The notes under the pieces: generated by a model
Databases searched by the model: none
The model's input: the letters and a program-made list of their open reading frames with translations, nothing else
Told to the model about the DNA's origin: nothing
Shown: in pieces, positions 37,201 to 45,651 of the stretch
Position numbering within the stretch: position 1 is the first letter of the stretch
Layout: the number at the start of each line of letters is the position of its first letter
Translations under genes and position numbers: made by a program
NCBI GenBank assembly: GCA_965116585.1
Contig: OZ220714.1
Span: 1,477,088 to 1,541,087 of the forward strand
Direction: 5' to 3'
Source of the DNA: Gammaproteobacteria bacterium
GTDB taxonomy: Bacteria > Pseudomonadota > Gammaproteobacteria > Eutrophobiales > Eutrophobiaceae
Length of the DNA: 64,000 nt

Positions 37201-40187
37201 CCGACTATGCCGGGATGCTGGCTAACCATGCCGTGCAGGACGGCAATGACGTGGTGATTTATACCGACGAAAGCGGCACGACCAATAGTGTCACATTAAA
37301 GAACACGCAACTGTCGGACCTGAGCGCGAACGATTTCTCGATCACACCATCGGAAGATTTCAGCGAGGACATTAGCCAGGACACGGGGCAGGGGGCCGAT
37401 CCGGACTACAGCGAGTTGATTGGCATGGTGCGGGGCTATGCTGCGGAGACGTTCCAGGGTCAGGCGCACGTGGACCGCTGGATGAAGGTGCTGGCGGCCT
37501 TTGGTGATGACAACGGCTATGCGCCCATGACGGCGGAGGAAGCCCAGACCTATGCCGGTTACGGCTGGCACCGCTGGCTACGGGTGGCCGAGGCATTGAC
37601 CGAAATCGAAGCGGAACAGGAGGCAAGCACGCCGCCGGTGGCCGCTATCGACAATGTGACCGTCACCGAGGGCGGCGATGCCGCGTTCACTGTGAGTCTC
37701 AACAAGACCTGGACCGAGGACGTCACCCTTACCTGGAGAATAGCCGACGGCACAGCAACGTATGGCAGCGACTACACCGGCCAGACCGGCCAAACCCTGA
37801 CCATCGCCGCGGGCCAGCAGAGTGCGACCATCACCGTGCAGACCACTGATGATGCCATCGACGAGCCGGATGAAACCTTCGCTGTCATATTGAGCGCTCC
37901 CTCCAATGCCACCATCGGCACAGCCGCAGGAGAGGCCACCCTCACCGACAACGATGCCGCGCCCTCATTGTCCATTGACGACGTAACCGGGACCGAAGGC
38001 GATATGCTCCAGTTCACTGTCTCGCTCGATGCAGTCTCCGGCAAGGACGTTACTGTCAACTGGAGCACGACCGACGGCACTGCAACGGATGGCAGCGACT
38101 ACACCGGCCAGACCGGTCAAACCCTGACCATCACCGCCGGCCAGCAGGATGCCACCATTACGGTGCCGACCACCGACGACAGTGACGATGAGCCAGACGA
38201 GACCTTCACTATCACCCTGAGCTCCCCCACCAATGCCACCCTGGGCGATACCAGCGGCGAAGCCACCCTCACCGATAACGATGACCCGCCACCACCAGGC
38301 AAGTACGACGCGCTGATTGCCGACGTGCGTGACTATGCCGCCGAGACGCACCAGGGCCAGGCCCACGTGGACCGCTGGATGCAGGTGCTGGCGGCCTTTG
38401 GTGATGACAATGGCTATACGCCCATGACTGCGGAGGAAGCCCAGACATTCGCCGGTTACGGCTGGCACCGCTGGCTACGGGTGGCCGAAGCATTGACCGA
38501 AATCGAAGCAGAGCAGGCGGCGCAGCAAGCGGCAAGCACGCCGCCGGTGGCCGCTATCGACGATGTATCCGTCACCGAAGGCGGCGATGTCGAGTTCACC
38601 GTCAGTCTCGACAAGACCTGGACAGAAGACGTCACCCTTACCTGGGACACGTCCGACGGCACAGCTACAGATGGCAGCGACTACACCGGCCAGACCGGTC
38701 AGACACTCACCATCGCCGCCGGCCAGCAAGACGCCACCATAACAGTGCAGACCACCGATGACGCCATTGATGAGCCGGATGAGAACTTTACGGTGACCTT
38801 GAGCGCTCCCACCAATGCCACCATCGGCACAGCCACCGGGGAGGCCACCCTCACCGACAACGACGCCGCGCCGTCGCTGTCCATTGATGATGTAAGCGGG
38901 ACCGAAGGCGACATGCTCGAGTTCACCGTCTCGCTCGATGCGGTCTCCGGCAAAGACGTGACGGTCAACTGGACTGCGACCGACGGCACGGCAACAGATG
39001 GCAGTGACTACACCGGCCAGACCGGTCAAACCCTCACCCTCGCCGCGGGCGCACATTTCGCGACCCTCTGGGTGCAGACCACGGATGACAGTGAGGATGA
39101 GACCGACGAGACCTTTACCATCACCTTGAGTTCACCCACCAACGCCACCATCAGCGATGCCATTGGCGAGGCCACCATTACCGACAACGATGAGCCCACC
39201 CCCTCCCTGGACGACCCGCTCACCCCGCCCGACAACGGCCAGGGGAAGAAGGCGGAGGAAGGGAATGACTACAGCGAGCTGATTGCCGACGTGCGCGCTT
39301 ATGCTGCCGAAACCCACCAGGGACAGGTCCACGTGGACCGCTGGATGCAAGTGCTGGCGGCGCTGGGCGAGGACAACGGCTATACCCCCATGAGTGCCAC
39401 CGAGGCCCAGACCTACGCCGACCGTGGCTGGGCGCGCTGGGACCCGGTGGTGGAAGCCTTGACCGAGATAGAGGCGGAATCCGAGCCAGAGCCAGAGCCA
39501 GAGCCTGAACTCGAACCAGACCCGGAACCCGAACCCGAGCCAGACCCGGAACCAGAGCCGGAACCCGAGCCGGACCCGGAACCCGAACCCGACCCGGCGC
39601 CCACCCCCTGGCACCACAACGGCCTCACCCTGACCGGCACCGACGAGGTGGACTCGCTGGTTGGCTCAGACGACAACGACCTGATCGACGGGCGCGGGGG
39701 CAGGGACTATATCAACGGTAGCTTCGGCCACGACCGCATGACCGGCGGCGCGGGCGATGACAGGTTTACCATCTACGGCAACTTCGGCCGCGACGTGATC
39801 ACCGATTTCAACCCGGATGAGGGCGACAGCTTCTTCCTCATCCAGGTGGGCTTCGCCGACTTCGACGAGATGCTGGCGAACCATGCCGAACAAATCGGCA
39901 ACGACGTGGTCATTTACACCGATCCCAGCGGCAAGGAAGACAGCATCACCTTGTTGGACACCGACCTTGCCGATCTGGACGAATCCCAGTTTGCGATTTT
40001 CGCGGGCACGGGGCCGACGCCACCGGCGTCTCAGTTGAGCGCTCAGGTAGCCGGCCGCGTGTCCGTGCCGGCGCTGTCGTTGGCCTTGGGGGATGGGGGT
40101 GTGGGGGGTTACGATGCCGGTGTGGATGAGTTTGGCATTGAGGCACTGATAGGAGACTATTACGACGGGTACTTTGGGATTGTTTAG
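34188..40187 (+). CDS. Giant secreted multidomain protein: serralysin-like (M10B) zinc metalloprotease + RTX beta-roll + multiple Calx-beta domains + 3 copies of an unrecognised ~70-aa module + Glu/Pro linker + RTX repeats + C-terminal tail; likely a type I secretion substrate
   Basis: [12 protein letters not shown] zinc motif and SVMSY Met-turn. GGxGxD nonapeptide runs ([35 protein letters not shown]). Repeated Calx-beta-like units (…DGTAxxGSDY…). No N-terminal signal peptide. ATG at 34188 with a GGAGG RBS; the ORF-track start at 34173 is a TTG. Confidence 0.9.
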   Translation: MSKPVGTLEQIADQLIQGAIKWATSSARPIPVDLSRLDADGQFLARTALDLWTSATGIRFEEVSIPVDQGGTPQDRGILFEYHSSSQFTWHTYGVDGWISSSVRVRQAVASNAVSQNQSGEYTIDNPRSLHIFVHEIGHALGLGHPGNYDGGGVTYENNAKFANDSWQISVMSYFRQEENTWLDATNAGPATPMAADILALEKLYGDSNAIRTGDTTYGFHSDAGGFLDELARHMQAGGLFAFTLIDDGGTDTFDYSGASKDSRVDLTPGAASDIFGGEGNMVIYQDSVIEHFAGGAGADDVTGNDVNNVLRGNAGNDTLDGGEGNDILIGGAGGDTLTGGAGTDTFWFAHSNFGADTITDFEDGAEQISFSGSGLSYTDLTISDSGADKLIDAGAGNRITLTGQAGATIDAADFVFVEPSLTIDDVTVIESGTARFVLRLSSAVTTNVAVEWRTQDGTAIDGSDYKGASQWQTAVIRATELETAIEIRIAHDLIVEGDENFSLELRNPQGATLTDATVEAVIKNAAPPVVSVGDVTVNESQGPAQIPVTLDRPLEAGEQVTFRLRFLDGTAEGGADYNVLKNAAARKVYVIEGEGADQLLVPRAVINDKLHESDEQFTLEIFNVEGATVADATGTVTIVDNDNDSHPTISLGASGIANEGRYAIVGVQLSKPHDEEITVYYTVNNFTATEGEDYLRGYTGSSGQVTVPAGQLYAPIVVETLADSKDEGWYEDALVRITGVEGNFKLQRFATQRSITIYEDNYKTIHPVSIEDITVIEGGKAQITLSKPTRYDGGVLIDVSTADGTAQAGSDYIAVTNQQVFIPSDAYSASFTVDILDDGVLEGEESFKVILNELKGGARLVDSVATVSILDGPSSTGQEQQAEETPAYDGLTVTGTDAGEILEGDRDGDLIEGLGGNDDLFGYGGDDIIRGGPGKDFLEGGAGDDILEGGADSDVLTGALGNDTLRGGAGADAFDIYGGDGQDVVEDFDPDAGDMVILDSVGFADYAGMLANHAVQDGNDVVIYTDESGTTNSVTLKNTQLSDLSANDFSITPSEDFSEDISQDTGQGADPDYSELIGMVRGYAAETFQGQAHVDRWMKVLAAFGDDNGYAPMTAEEAQTYAGYGWHRWLRVAEALTEIEAEQEASTPPVAAIDNVTVTEGGDAAFTVSLNKTWTEDVTLTWRIADGTATYGSDYTGQTGQTLTIAAGQQSATITVQTTDDAIDEPDETFAVILSAPSNATIGTAAGEATLTDNDAAPSLSIDDVTGTEGDMLQFTVSLDAVSGKDVTVNWSTTDGTATDGSDYTGQTGQTLTITAGQQDATITVPTTDDSDDEPDETFTITLSSPTNATLGDTSGEATLTDNDDPPPPGKYDALIADVRDYAAETHQGQAHVDRWMQVLAAFGDDNGYTPMTAEEAQTFAGYGWHRWLRVAEALTEIEAEQAAQQAASTPPVAAIDDVSVTEGGDVEFTVSLDKTWTEDVTLTWDTSDGTATDGSDYTGQTGQTLTIAAGQQDATITVQTTDDAIDEPDENFTVTLSAPTNATIGTATGEATLTDNDAAPSLSIDDVSGTEGDMLEFTVSLDAVSGKDVTVNWTATDGTATDGSDYTGQTGQTLTLAAGAHFATLWVQTTDDSEDETDETFTITLSSPTNATISDAIGEATITDNDEPTPSLDDPLTPPDNGQGKKAEEGNDYSELIADVRAYAAETHQGQVHVDRWMQVLAALGEDNGYTPMSATEAQTYADRGWARWDPVVEALTEIEAESEPEPEPEPELEPDPEPEPEPDPEPEPEPEPDPEPEPDPAPTPWHHNGLTLTGTDEVDSLVGSDDNDLIDGRGGRDYINGSFGHDRMTGGAGDDRFTIYGNFGRDVITDFNPDEGDSFFLIQVGFADFDEMLANHAEQIGNDVVIYTDPSGKEDSITLLDTDLADLDESQFAIFAGTGPTPPASQLSAQVAGRVSVPALSLALGDGGVGGYDAGVDEFGIEALIGDYYDGYFGIV
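39478..39600 (+). repeat. (GARCCN)n hexanucleotide microsatellite encoding an (E/D)P dipeptide linker
   Basis: gagccagagccagagccagagcctgaactcgaaccagacccggaacccgaacccgagccagacccggaacc… translates to [40 protein letters not shown]. Confidence 0.85.
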
Positions 40188-40238
40188 TCACTGTATGTAT
40201 CAATGGAATGCCGCGCTCTTGATCGAGTGCACGAGTAT
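40186..40238. pseudogene. Duplicated fragment of the iclR 3' end and its downstream sequence (copy of 43518-43571)
   Basis: cgcgctcttgatcgagtgcacgagta at 40212-40237 is identical to 43545-43570, the last codons (…LVHSIKSA) of the IclR gene at 43534..44358. Confidence 0.6.
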
Positions 40239-40279
40239 AAGTAACTTGCAGTGGGGGACGTTAGGCAGTAATGAGGGTG

Positions 40280-40651
40280 TTATTTCGGAAAGTACCTGAC
40301 GTTTTTTAAATCCTTGAAATCCATATCCTGCGTCCATATTGTTGCATTATATCTCCGCGCCGTTGCGTAAATTATGCTGTCTGCCAAGGGAAGTTTATAT
40401 TCAACTCCAAAGTAGGCCGCTTTCACCGCCAACCCCTCAGTCAGTGAAACAACCTTCCCCTGTTCCATATGTGTAATAGCCTTCAGAGCTGCATCCTCAC
40501 CCCGCCGACGCATGATAACTTTGAAAACCTCAGTCAAGGTGATGCTGGGCACCAGCAATTCTTCCAGTCGTCCAATCGGTTCGGCAAAACATCGTGAATT
40601 TTTTTCACTGGTAAAATAGGATAACCACCCGGATGAGTCGACCACGTTCAT
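40280..40651 (-). CDS. vapC: VapC-type PIN-domain toxin
   Basis: MNVVDSSGWLSYF N-terminus. Conserved PIN acidic residues. 123 aa. ATGA overlap with the upstream antitoxin. Confidence 0.85.
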   Translation of the reverse strand: MNVVDSSGWLSYFTSEKNSRCFAEPIGRLEELLVPSITLTEVFKVIMRRRGEDAALKAITHMEQGKVVSLTEGLAVKAAYFGVEYKLPLADSIIYATARRYNATIWTQDMDFKDLKNVRYFPK

Positions 40652-40854
40652 ACCCGATCTTCATCGCGCTCCAGAGTTGTATCCATGCCTTTCAGAAAGC
40701 CTCTCAAGTTCTCCATTGGCTCTATGGGAATCAGATGTATCCGATCGCGGTAATTGATCATCTGAATCTTCTGTCCCGAGACAATTCCACTTTCCTCCCT
40801 GATTTCTTTAGGAATTACAATCTGATATTTTGGTGAGACGGTAACAGTAGTCAT
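40648..40854 (-). CDS. vapB: AbrB/MazE/SpoVT-type antitoxin (VapB)
   Basis: MTTVTVSPKYQIVIPKEIREESGI swapped-hairpin motif. Internal ATG at 40852-40854 with a GGAAGAG RBS. Canonical toxin-antitoxin size and overlap. Confidence 0.75.
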   Translation of the reverse strand: MTTVTVSPKYQIVIPKEIREESGIVSGQKIQMINYRDRIHLIPIEPMENLRGFLKGMDTTLERDEDRV

Positions 40855-41079
40855 GGGAGCTCTTCCATCGAAAAAATATGGTACTACGATAGTATTATCG
40901 ATACGGGATGTCAAGAAAAAGCAACACCCTGTTCAAAAACAACCCAAATCCCAAACCTCTTGACCATCAGCACGACCTATGTACTATACTTCATAAAGAG
41001 CCAGTAACAACGCGCAATAACACCCGGCACAGGCCGCACCATGAATAACACGATGTAATAATAATTGGAGGCTATTCCC

Positions 41080-43467
41080 ATGAGCAAACCTAGCATATCG
41101 GTTGGGGATGTCACGGTTAACGAATCACAAGGCCCGGCGCAGATTCCCGTCACGCTTGACCGGCCGCTCAAGGCAGGCGAACAGGTCACTTTCCGCGTGC
41201 GCTTTCTTGACGGCACCGCGGAAGGCGGGCCTGACTACAATCCTCTGCAGAATGCCGCCGCCAGGAAGGTATACGTCATCGAGGGCGAGGGAACCGATCA
41301 GTTGCTCATTCCGCGCGCCGTGATTAACGACAGACTTCACGAGTCTGACGAGCAGTTCACGCTTGAGATTTTCAACGTTGAAGGCGCAACGGTGGCGGAT
41401 GCGACCGGCACTGTCACCATCGTCGATAACGATAGTGATACTTCCCAGCCGACAGCCTTCATCGGGGACTTCGCAAAAGTGATTGAAGGCAACTACGCTG
41501 TCTTGCAGATAGGGCTGAGCAAGCGAGTCGCGCACGATGTCACAGTTACTTATGAGCTGGTGGACGATTCCGCGACAGCGGGTGAGGACTATGAGCGCGG
41601 CTACTCTGGCGCTCTGGGAACAGTCACCATCCCCGCGGGGCAGGCCAGTGCGCCAATCACAGTGCAAACCCTGCCCGACAACCTCAGTGAAGGTGGGGAG
41701 TTGCTTATCATATTTATCCGCGAGGTCAATGGAGGCGTTACCCATCCACCCCTGAATGCAGGCTTCGTGAAGATCTATGACGACAGGAAATTTCCACTTC
41801 CTGGCATTACCATTGACGATGTTACCGTCATTGAGGGCGGCAAGGCACAGTTCACCGTCAAGCTGGCATATGCTGCTTCCGGCGGTGTCACGCTGGACTG
41901 GAGCACTTCGGACGGCACGGCGCAAGCCGACGACGACTACGTTGCGGTGACCAATCAGCAGGTTTTCATTCCCGGGCCCGAAAAAAGTGCCACCTTCACC
42001 GTGGATATCCTCAGTGATGCTGTTCTCGAAGGCGAGGAAAGCTTCACCGTGACCTTGAGCAATCCGCAAGGTTTCGGTCGCCTGGTGGACGCGACGGGCA
42101 CAGTCACGGTGCTCGACGGGCCTGTTTCAACAGGGCAGGCACAGCAAGCGGAGCAGGAGCCCGCGCAACAAGAGACGCCCGCATACGATGGTCTGACCGT
42201 CACCGGCACCGACGCCGGTGAGGTGCTCGAAGGCGACGTGGACGGCGACCTGATCGAGGGCCTTGGCGGGAATGACGATCTGTTCGGCTACGGCGGCGAT
42301 GACATCATCAGGGGCGGGCCCGGCAAGGATTTTCTCGAAGGCGGCGCGGGCGATGACACGCTCGAGGGTGGCGCGGACAGCGACGTCCTGACCGGCGCCG
42401 AGGGCAACGACACCTTGCGCGGCGGCGCGGGCGCGGATGCGTTTGACATCTACGGCGGAGACGGGCAGGACGTGGTGGAAGACTTCGATCCGGATGCCGG
42501 CGATATGGTCATCCTGGACTCGGTGGGCTTTGCCGACTATGCCGGGATGATCGCCAACCATGCCGTGCAAAACGGTAATGACGTGGTGATTTATACCGAC
42601 GAGAGCGGTACCACCAACAGCGTCACCCTGAAGAATACGCTGCTATCGGACCTGAGTGCGAACGATTTCTCGATCACACCATCGGAAGCTTTCAGCGAGG
42701 ACAATAGCCAGGACACGGGGCAGGGGACCGATCCGGACTACAGCGAGTTGATTGGCATGGTGCGGGGCTATGCTGCGGAGACATTCCAGGGTCAGGCGCA
42801 CGTGGACCGCTGGATGCAGGTGCTGGCCGCGTTTGGTGATGACAACGGCTACACGCCCATGAGTGCCACCGAGGCGCAGACCTACGCCGACCGCGGCTGG
42901 TCGCGCTGGGACCCGGTGGTGGAAGCATTGACCGAAATCGAAGCGGAGCAGGCGGCGCAACAACAAGAGCCGGCCCCCACGCTGGACGATCTCACCACAC
43001 CTGACAACGGCCAGGGGAAGAAATCGGAGGAAGGGAACGACTACAGCGGGCTGATTGCCGACGTGCGCGGCTATGCCGCCGAGACGCACCACGGCCAGGC
43101 CCATGTCGACCGCTGGATGAAAGTGCTGGCGGCCTTCGGCGATGACAACGGCTATACGCCCATGACCGCCGCCGAGGCGCAGGAGATGGCCGACAAATGG
43201 TCGGCGAGCCGCTGGAACCCGGTGGTGGAAGCCCTTACCGAGATCGAAGCGGAACAGGCAGCGCAACAAGCCAGGGATACCTCAACCGAACCCGACCCGG
43301 CGCCCGATCCTGTACCCCAAACCGAGCCAGACCCGGCACCCGAACCCGTCCCGGCGCTGTCATTGGCCTTGGGGGATGGGGGTGTGGGGGGGTACGATGC
43401 CGGTGTGGATGAGTTTGGCATTGAGGCGCTGATAGGGGACTATTACGACGGGTACTTTGGGAATTAG
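41080..43467 (+). CDS. Truncated mosaic paralog of the giant protein: Calx-beta domains + RTX repeats + 2 copies of the unknown module + the same C-terminal tail; no protease domain
   Basis: Same 5'UTR and MSKP start. N-terminus aligns to gene 1 at ~35.77 kb. Blocks identical to gene 1 alternate with diverged blocks. Confidence 0.85.
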   Translation: MSKPSISVGDVTVNESQGPAQIPVTLDRPLKAGEQVTFRVRFLDGTAEGGPDYNPLQNAAARKVYVIEGEGTDQLLIPRAVINDRLHESDEQFTLEIFNVEGATVADATGTVTIVDNDSDTSQPTAFIGDFAKVIEGNYAVLQIGLSKRVAHDVTVTYELVDDSATAGEDYERGYSGALGTVTIPAGQASAPITVQTLPDNLSEGGELLIIFIREVNGGVTHPPLNAGFVKIYDDRKFPLPGITIDDVTVIEGGKAQFTVKLAYAASGGVTLDWSTSDGTAQADDDYVAVTNQQVFIPGPEKSATFTVDILSDAVLEGEESFTVTLSNPQGFGRLVDATGTVTVLDGPVSTGQAQQAEQEPAQQETPAYDGLTVTGTDAGEVLEGDVDGDLIEGLGGNDDLFGYGGDDIIRGGPGKDFLEGGAGDDTLEGGADSDVLTGAEGNDTLRGGAGADAFDIYGGDGQDVVEDFDPDAGDMVILDSVGFADYAGMIANHAVQNGNDVVIYTDESGTTNSVTLKNTLLSDLSANDFSITPSEAFSEDNSQDTGQGTDPDYSELIGMVRGYAAETFQGQAHVDRWMQVLAAFGDDNGYTPMSATEAQTYADRGWSRWDPVVEALTEIEAEQAAQQQEPAPTLDDLTTPDNGQGKKSEEGNDYSGLIADVRGYAAETHHGQAHVDRWMKVLAAFGDDNGYTPMTAAEAQEMADKWSASRWNPVVEALTEIEAEQAAQQARDTSTEPDPAPDPVPQTEPDPAPEPVPALSLALGDGGVGGYDAGVDEFGIEALIGDYYDGYFGN

Positions 43468-43490
43468 GAATTAGGAATTAAGAATTGGGA
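43461..43490 (+). repeat. Heptanucleotide tandem repeat (GAATTAG)x~4 spanning the stop codon of the paralog; absent from gene 1
   Basis: gene 2: …tttgggAATTAGGAATTAGGAATTAAGAATTGGGAttgtttag. gene 1: …tttgggattgtttag. Changes the C-terminus from …YFGIV to …YFGN. Confidence 0.8.
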
Positions 43491-43533
43491 TTGTTTAGGG
43501 AAACTCTGCCCCCAGACCCTTAATCGCTGTATG

Positions 43534-44358
43534 TCAATGGGATGTCGCGCTCTTGATCGAGTGCACGAGTACCGGGTAGCGGCGTAATTCCTGTTCGATT
43601 TTTTTGGCCGCTGCCTGCAGGTGCGGCAGGCGCGTGGTGATCATCTCCTCCTGGTTGACCCGAGTGGTCGCGGTGGAACAGTTGATCGCCGCAAGGATCT
43701 CGCCGTCATTATCGAATACCGGCACGGCGACGGAGACAATGCCGTAATCCAGTTCATCCTGGACGGAGGCAAAACCCTGGCGCCTGCAACGCGTCAGGAT
43801 TTTTCGGAGTTGCGCCCTGGAGGTCACCGTCTTGTCGGTAAGTTTCTCCGGTTTGATCCGGCTCAGGTAGTCTTCGATATAAGCATCGGCCTGATAGGCG
43901 ACCAGCACCCGGCCCAGGGACGTCGGGTAGACCGGAAAGCGCGTGCCGAAACCGGCGCCGAGCCTGACCATGCGGTTGGTGGAAACATGCACCAGGTATA
44001 AAATATCAAGCTGTGACAGCACTGCCAGCGAGGTGCTGTCCCCGGTGCTGTCACGCACGTCCTGGAGGTGAGGGCGGGCAATCTCTTCCAGGTTGACCGA
44101 ATCCAGGAACGCGGAAGCGAAACCTGTCACTTCAGGCGTCAGCAGAAACAATTTGCCTCTCTTCCCGACATAACCCAGTTCCACCAGGGTATTCAAACAC
44201 CGCCTGGCGACGGCGGGGTTCAGACCCGTTGCCGCAGCGACTTCACTCAATGTCATTTCCGGGTTGTCCCCGGTGAACGAGCGCAGCACCGACAGCCCGC
44301 GCGCCAGGGTGCTGAGGTATTCGCCGTCTTTTTTCGGCTTGTCTGCTTTGTTGTTCAC
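43534..44358 (-). CDS. IclR-family transcriptional regulator (PcaR/PobR-like)
   Basis: N-terminal winged helix-turn-helix LSVLRSFTGDNPEMTLSEVAAATGLNPAVARRCLNTLVELGYV. C-terminal effector domain. Confidence 0.9.
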   Translation of the reverse strand: MNNKADKPKKDGEYLSTLARGLSVLRSFTGDNPEMTLSEVAAATGLNPAVARRCLNTLVELGYVGKRGKLFLLTPEVTGFASAFLDSVNLEEIARPHLQDVRDSTGDSTSLAVLSQLDILYLVHVSTNRMVRLGAGFGTRFPVYPTSLGRVLVAYQADAYIEDYLSRIKPEKLTDKTVTSRAQLRKILTRCRRQGFASVQDELDYGIVSVAVPVFDNDGEILAAINCSTATTRVNQEEMITTRLPHLQAAAKKIEQELRRYPVLVHSIKSATSH

Positions 44359-45116
44359 GGCCTGACACCATCGCAGCCTGACGGCGCCGGCAGGGTCGCG
44401 ACCGTGGTTTCAATCCAATCCTCCGTTTCACGGATGATTTGTGCGGCCTTCTTGCCCTGCGTCGGTATGGGCGGGCCGATGACCATGCGGATCCGGCCGG
44501 GCCGTTTGAGAAAGCTGTTGCGTGGCCACAGGTAGCCGGCATTGTGTGCGATGGGGACCACCGGACAGCCGGACTTTTCCGCCAGCATGGCGCCGCCGGG
44601 ATGGTATTTTTGGCGCACACCCGGTGGCAGCCGGGTGCCTTCCGGGAACACCACCACCCATAATCCTGCGTTCAACCGTTCCATGCCCTGGCGCACGATC
44701 TGTTTCAGTGAACGGACGCCCAGGGAACGGTCGATGGCGATGGGCTTCATGGCCGCCAGTCCCCAGCCGTAGATAGGGATATGCAGCAATTCCCGCTTCA
44801 GTATCCACACCTGGGGCGGAAACAATAGCTGGATCATGAGGGTTTCCCAGGCGGACTGGTGCTTGCACATGATGATCGCGGGCTCATCAATAATGTTTTC
44901 CCGCCCGGCAACGTCCGCTTTTATCCCGCAGGTCACCCCCAGCCACCACAGGTTGAACCTGGCCCAGTTCGCTACCAGGCGAAACCTGAGCGGGAAGGGG
45001 ACCGCCAGCAGCAGCAAGGTAATGGGCACCGCAATGAGGGTCGAGATTGCCATTCCCAGTAGAAACAGCGCGGACCTGAACCACCGTAACAGGCCGGGCC
45101 CGGCGCGCTCATCCAT
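44355..45116 (-). CDS. plsC: 1-acyl-sn-glycerol-3-phosphate (lysophospholipid) acyltransferase
   Basis: HQSxxE acyltransferase motif (KHQSAWET) and FPEGTR motif. Likely start MDERAGP at 45114-45116; the ORF-track N-terminal extension overlaps gmhB. Confidence 0.85.
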   Translation of the reverse strand: MDERAGPGLLRWFRSALFLLGMAISTLIAVPITLLLLAVPFPLRFRLVANWARFNLWWLGVTCGIKADVAGRENIIDEPAIIMCKHQSAWETLMIQLLFPPQVWILKRELLHIPIYGWGLAAMKPIAIDRSLGVRSLKQIVRQGMERLNAGLWVVVFPEGTRLPPGVRQKYHPGGAMLAEKSGCPVVPIAHNAGYLWPRNSFLKRPGRIRMVIGPPIPTQGKKAAQIIRETEDWIETTVATLPAPSGCDGVRP

Positions 45117-45651
45117 GATCGGCAAGGAGTGCGGCGGCAGCCTGGGCCAGGTCGTCATGGACGGGGATGTTGTCCGGGATGATGCCCTCGTCCAGTTGCC
45201 TTTGCCCTTTGCCGGTTCTGACCAGGATGGGGCTTGCGCCGACGGCCTGCGCGGCCTGTATGTCACTCAGCCGGTCGCCGATGACGGGCACGCCGGACAG
45301 TGGCGTATGCAGCCTTCTTTCAATTTCCCGGAACATTCCCGGCGCGGGTTTACGGCAGTCACAGCCTGCGTCCGGCCCATGCGGACAGAAGAAAACGGCT
45401 TCTACCACACCGCCGTACTGGGCCAGGTGAGTGTGCATTTTCCTGTGGATCCGGTTCAATTCCTGCAAGGTGAACTTGCCCCTGGCCAGTCCGGACTGGT
45501 TGCTGGCGATGACCGCGTGGTAGCCGCTTTGATTAAGCCGGGCGATGGCTTGCAGGCTGCCGGGCAGGGCCTGCCATTCCTGTTCCGACTTGATATAGTC
45601 GTCGGAATGCCGGTTAATCACACCATCCATGTCGAGGATGATCAACTTCAT
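45109..45651 (-). CDS. gmhB: D-glycero-beta-D-manno-heptose-1,7-bisphosphate 7-phosphatase (HAD family)
   Basis: DMDGVIN HAD motif I. CxH…CxC zinc site (CPHGPDAGCDCRKP). Conserved position after glyS as in Pseudomonas. Confidence 0.85.
   Translation of the reverse strand: MKLIILDMDGVINRHSDDYIKSEQEWQALPGSLQAIARLNQSGYHAVIASNQSGLARGKFTLQELNRIHRKMHTHLAQYGGVVEAVFFCPHGPDAGCDCRKPAPGMFREIERRLHTPLSGVPVIGDRLSDIQAAQAVGASPILVRTGKGQRQLDEGIIPDNIPVHDDLAQAAAALLADHG

Noticed and set aside
34572-39676. Numerous 60-380-aa ORFs on both strands inside the giant gene (e.g. 34572..35717 -, 38475..39056 -)
   Set aside because: All lie within the 6 kb coding region of the repeat-rich giant protein. They are repeat-induced and GC-induced open frames without starts or RBS.
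43197-43421. Short ORFs antisense or out of frame at the 3' end of the paralog (e.g. 43152..43421 -)
   Set aside because: Artefacts of the Pro/Glu-codon-rich linker region. They lie within the supported paralog coding sequence.
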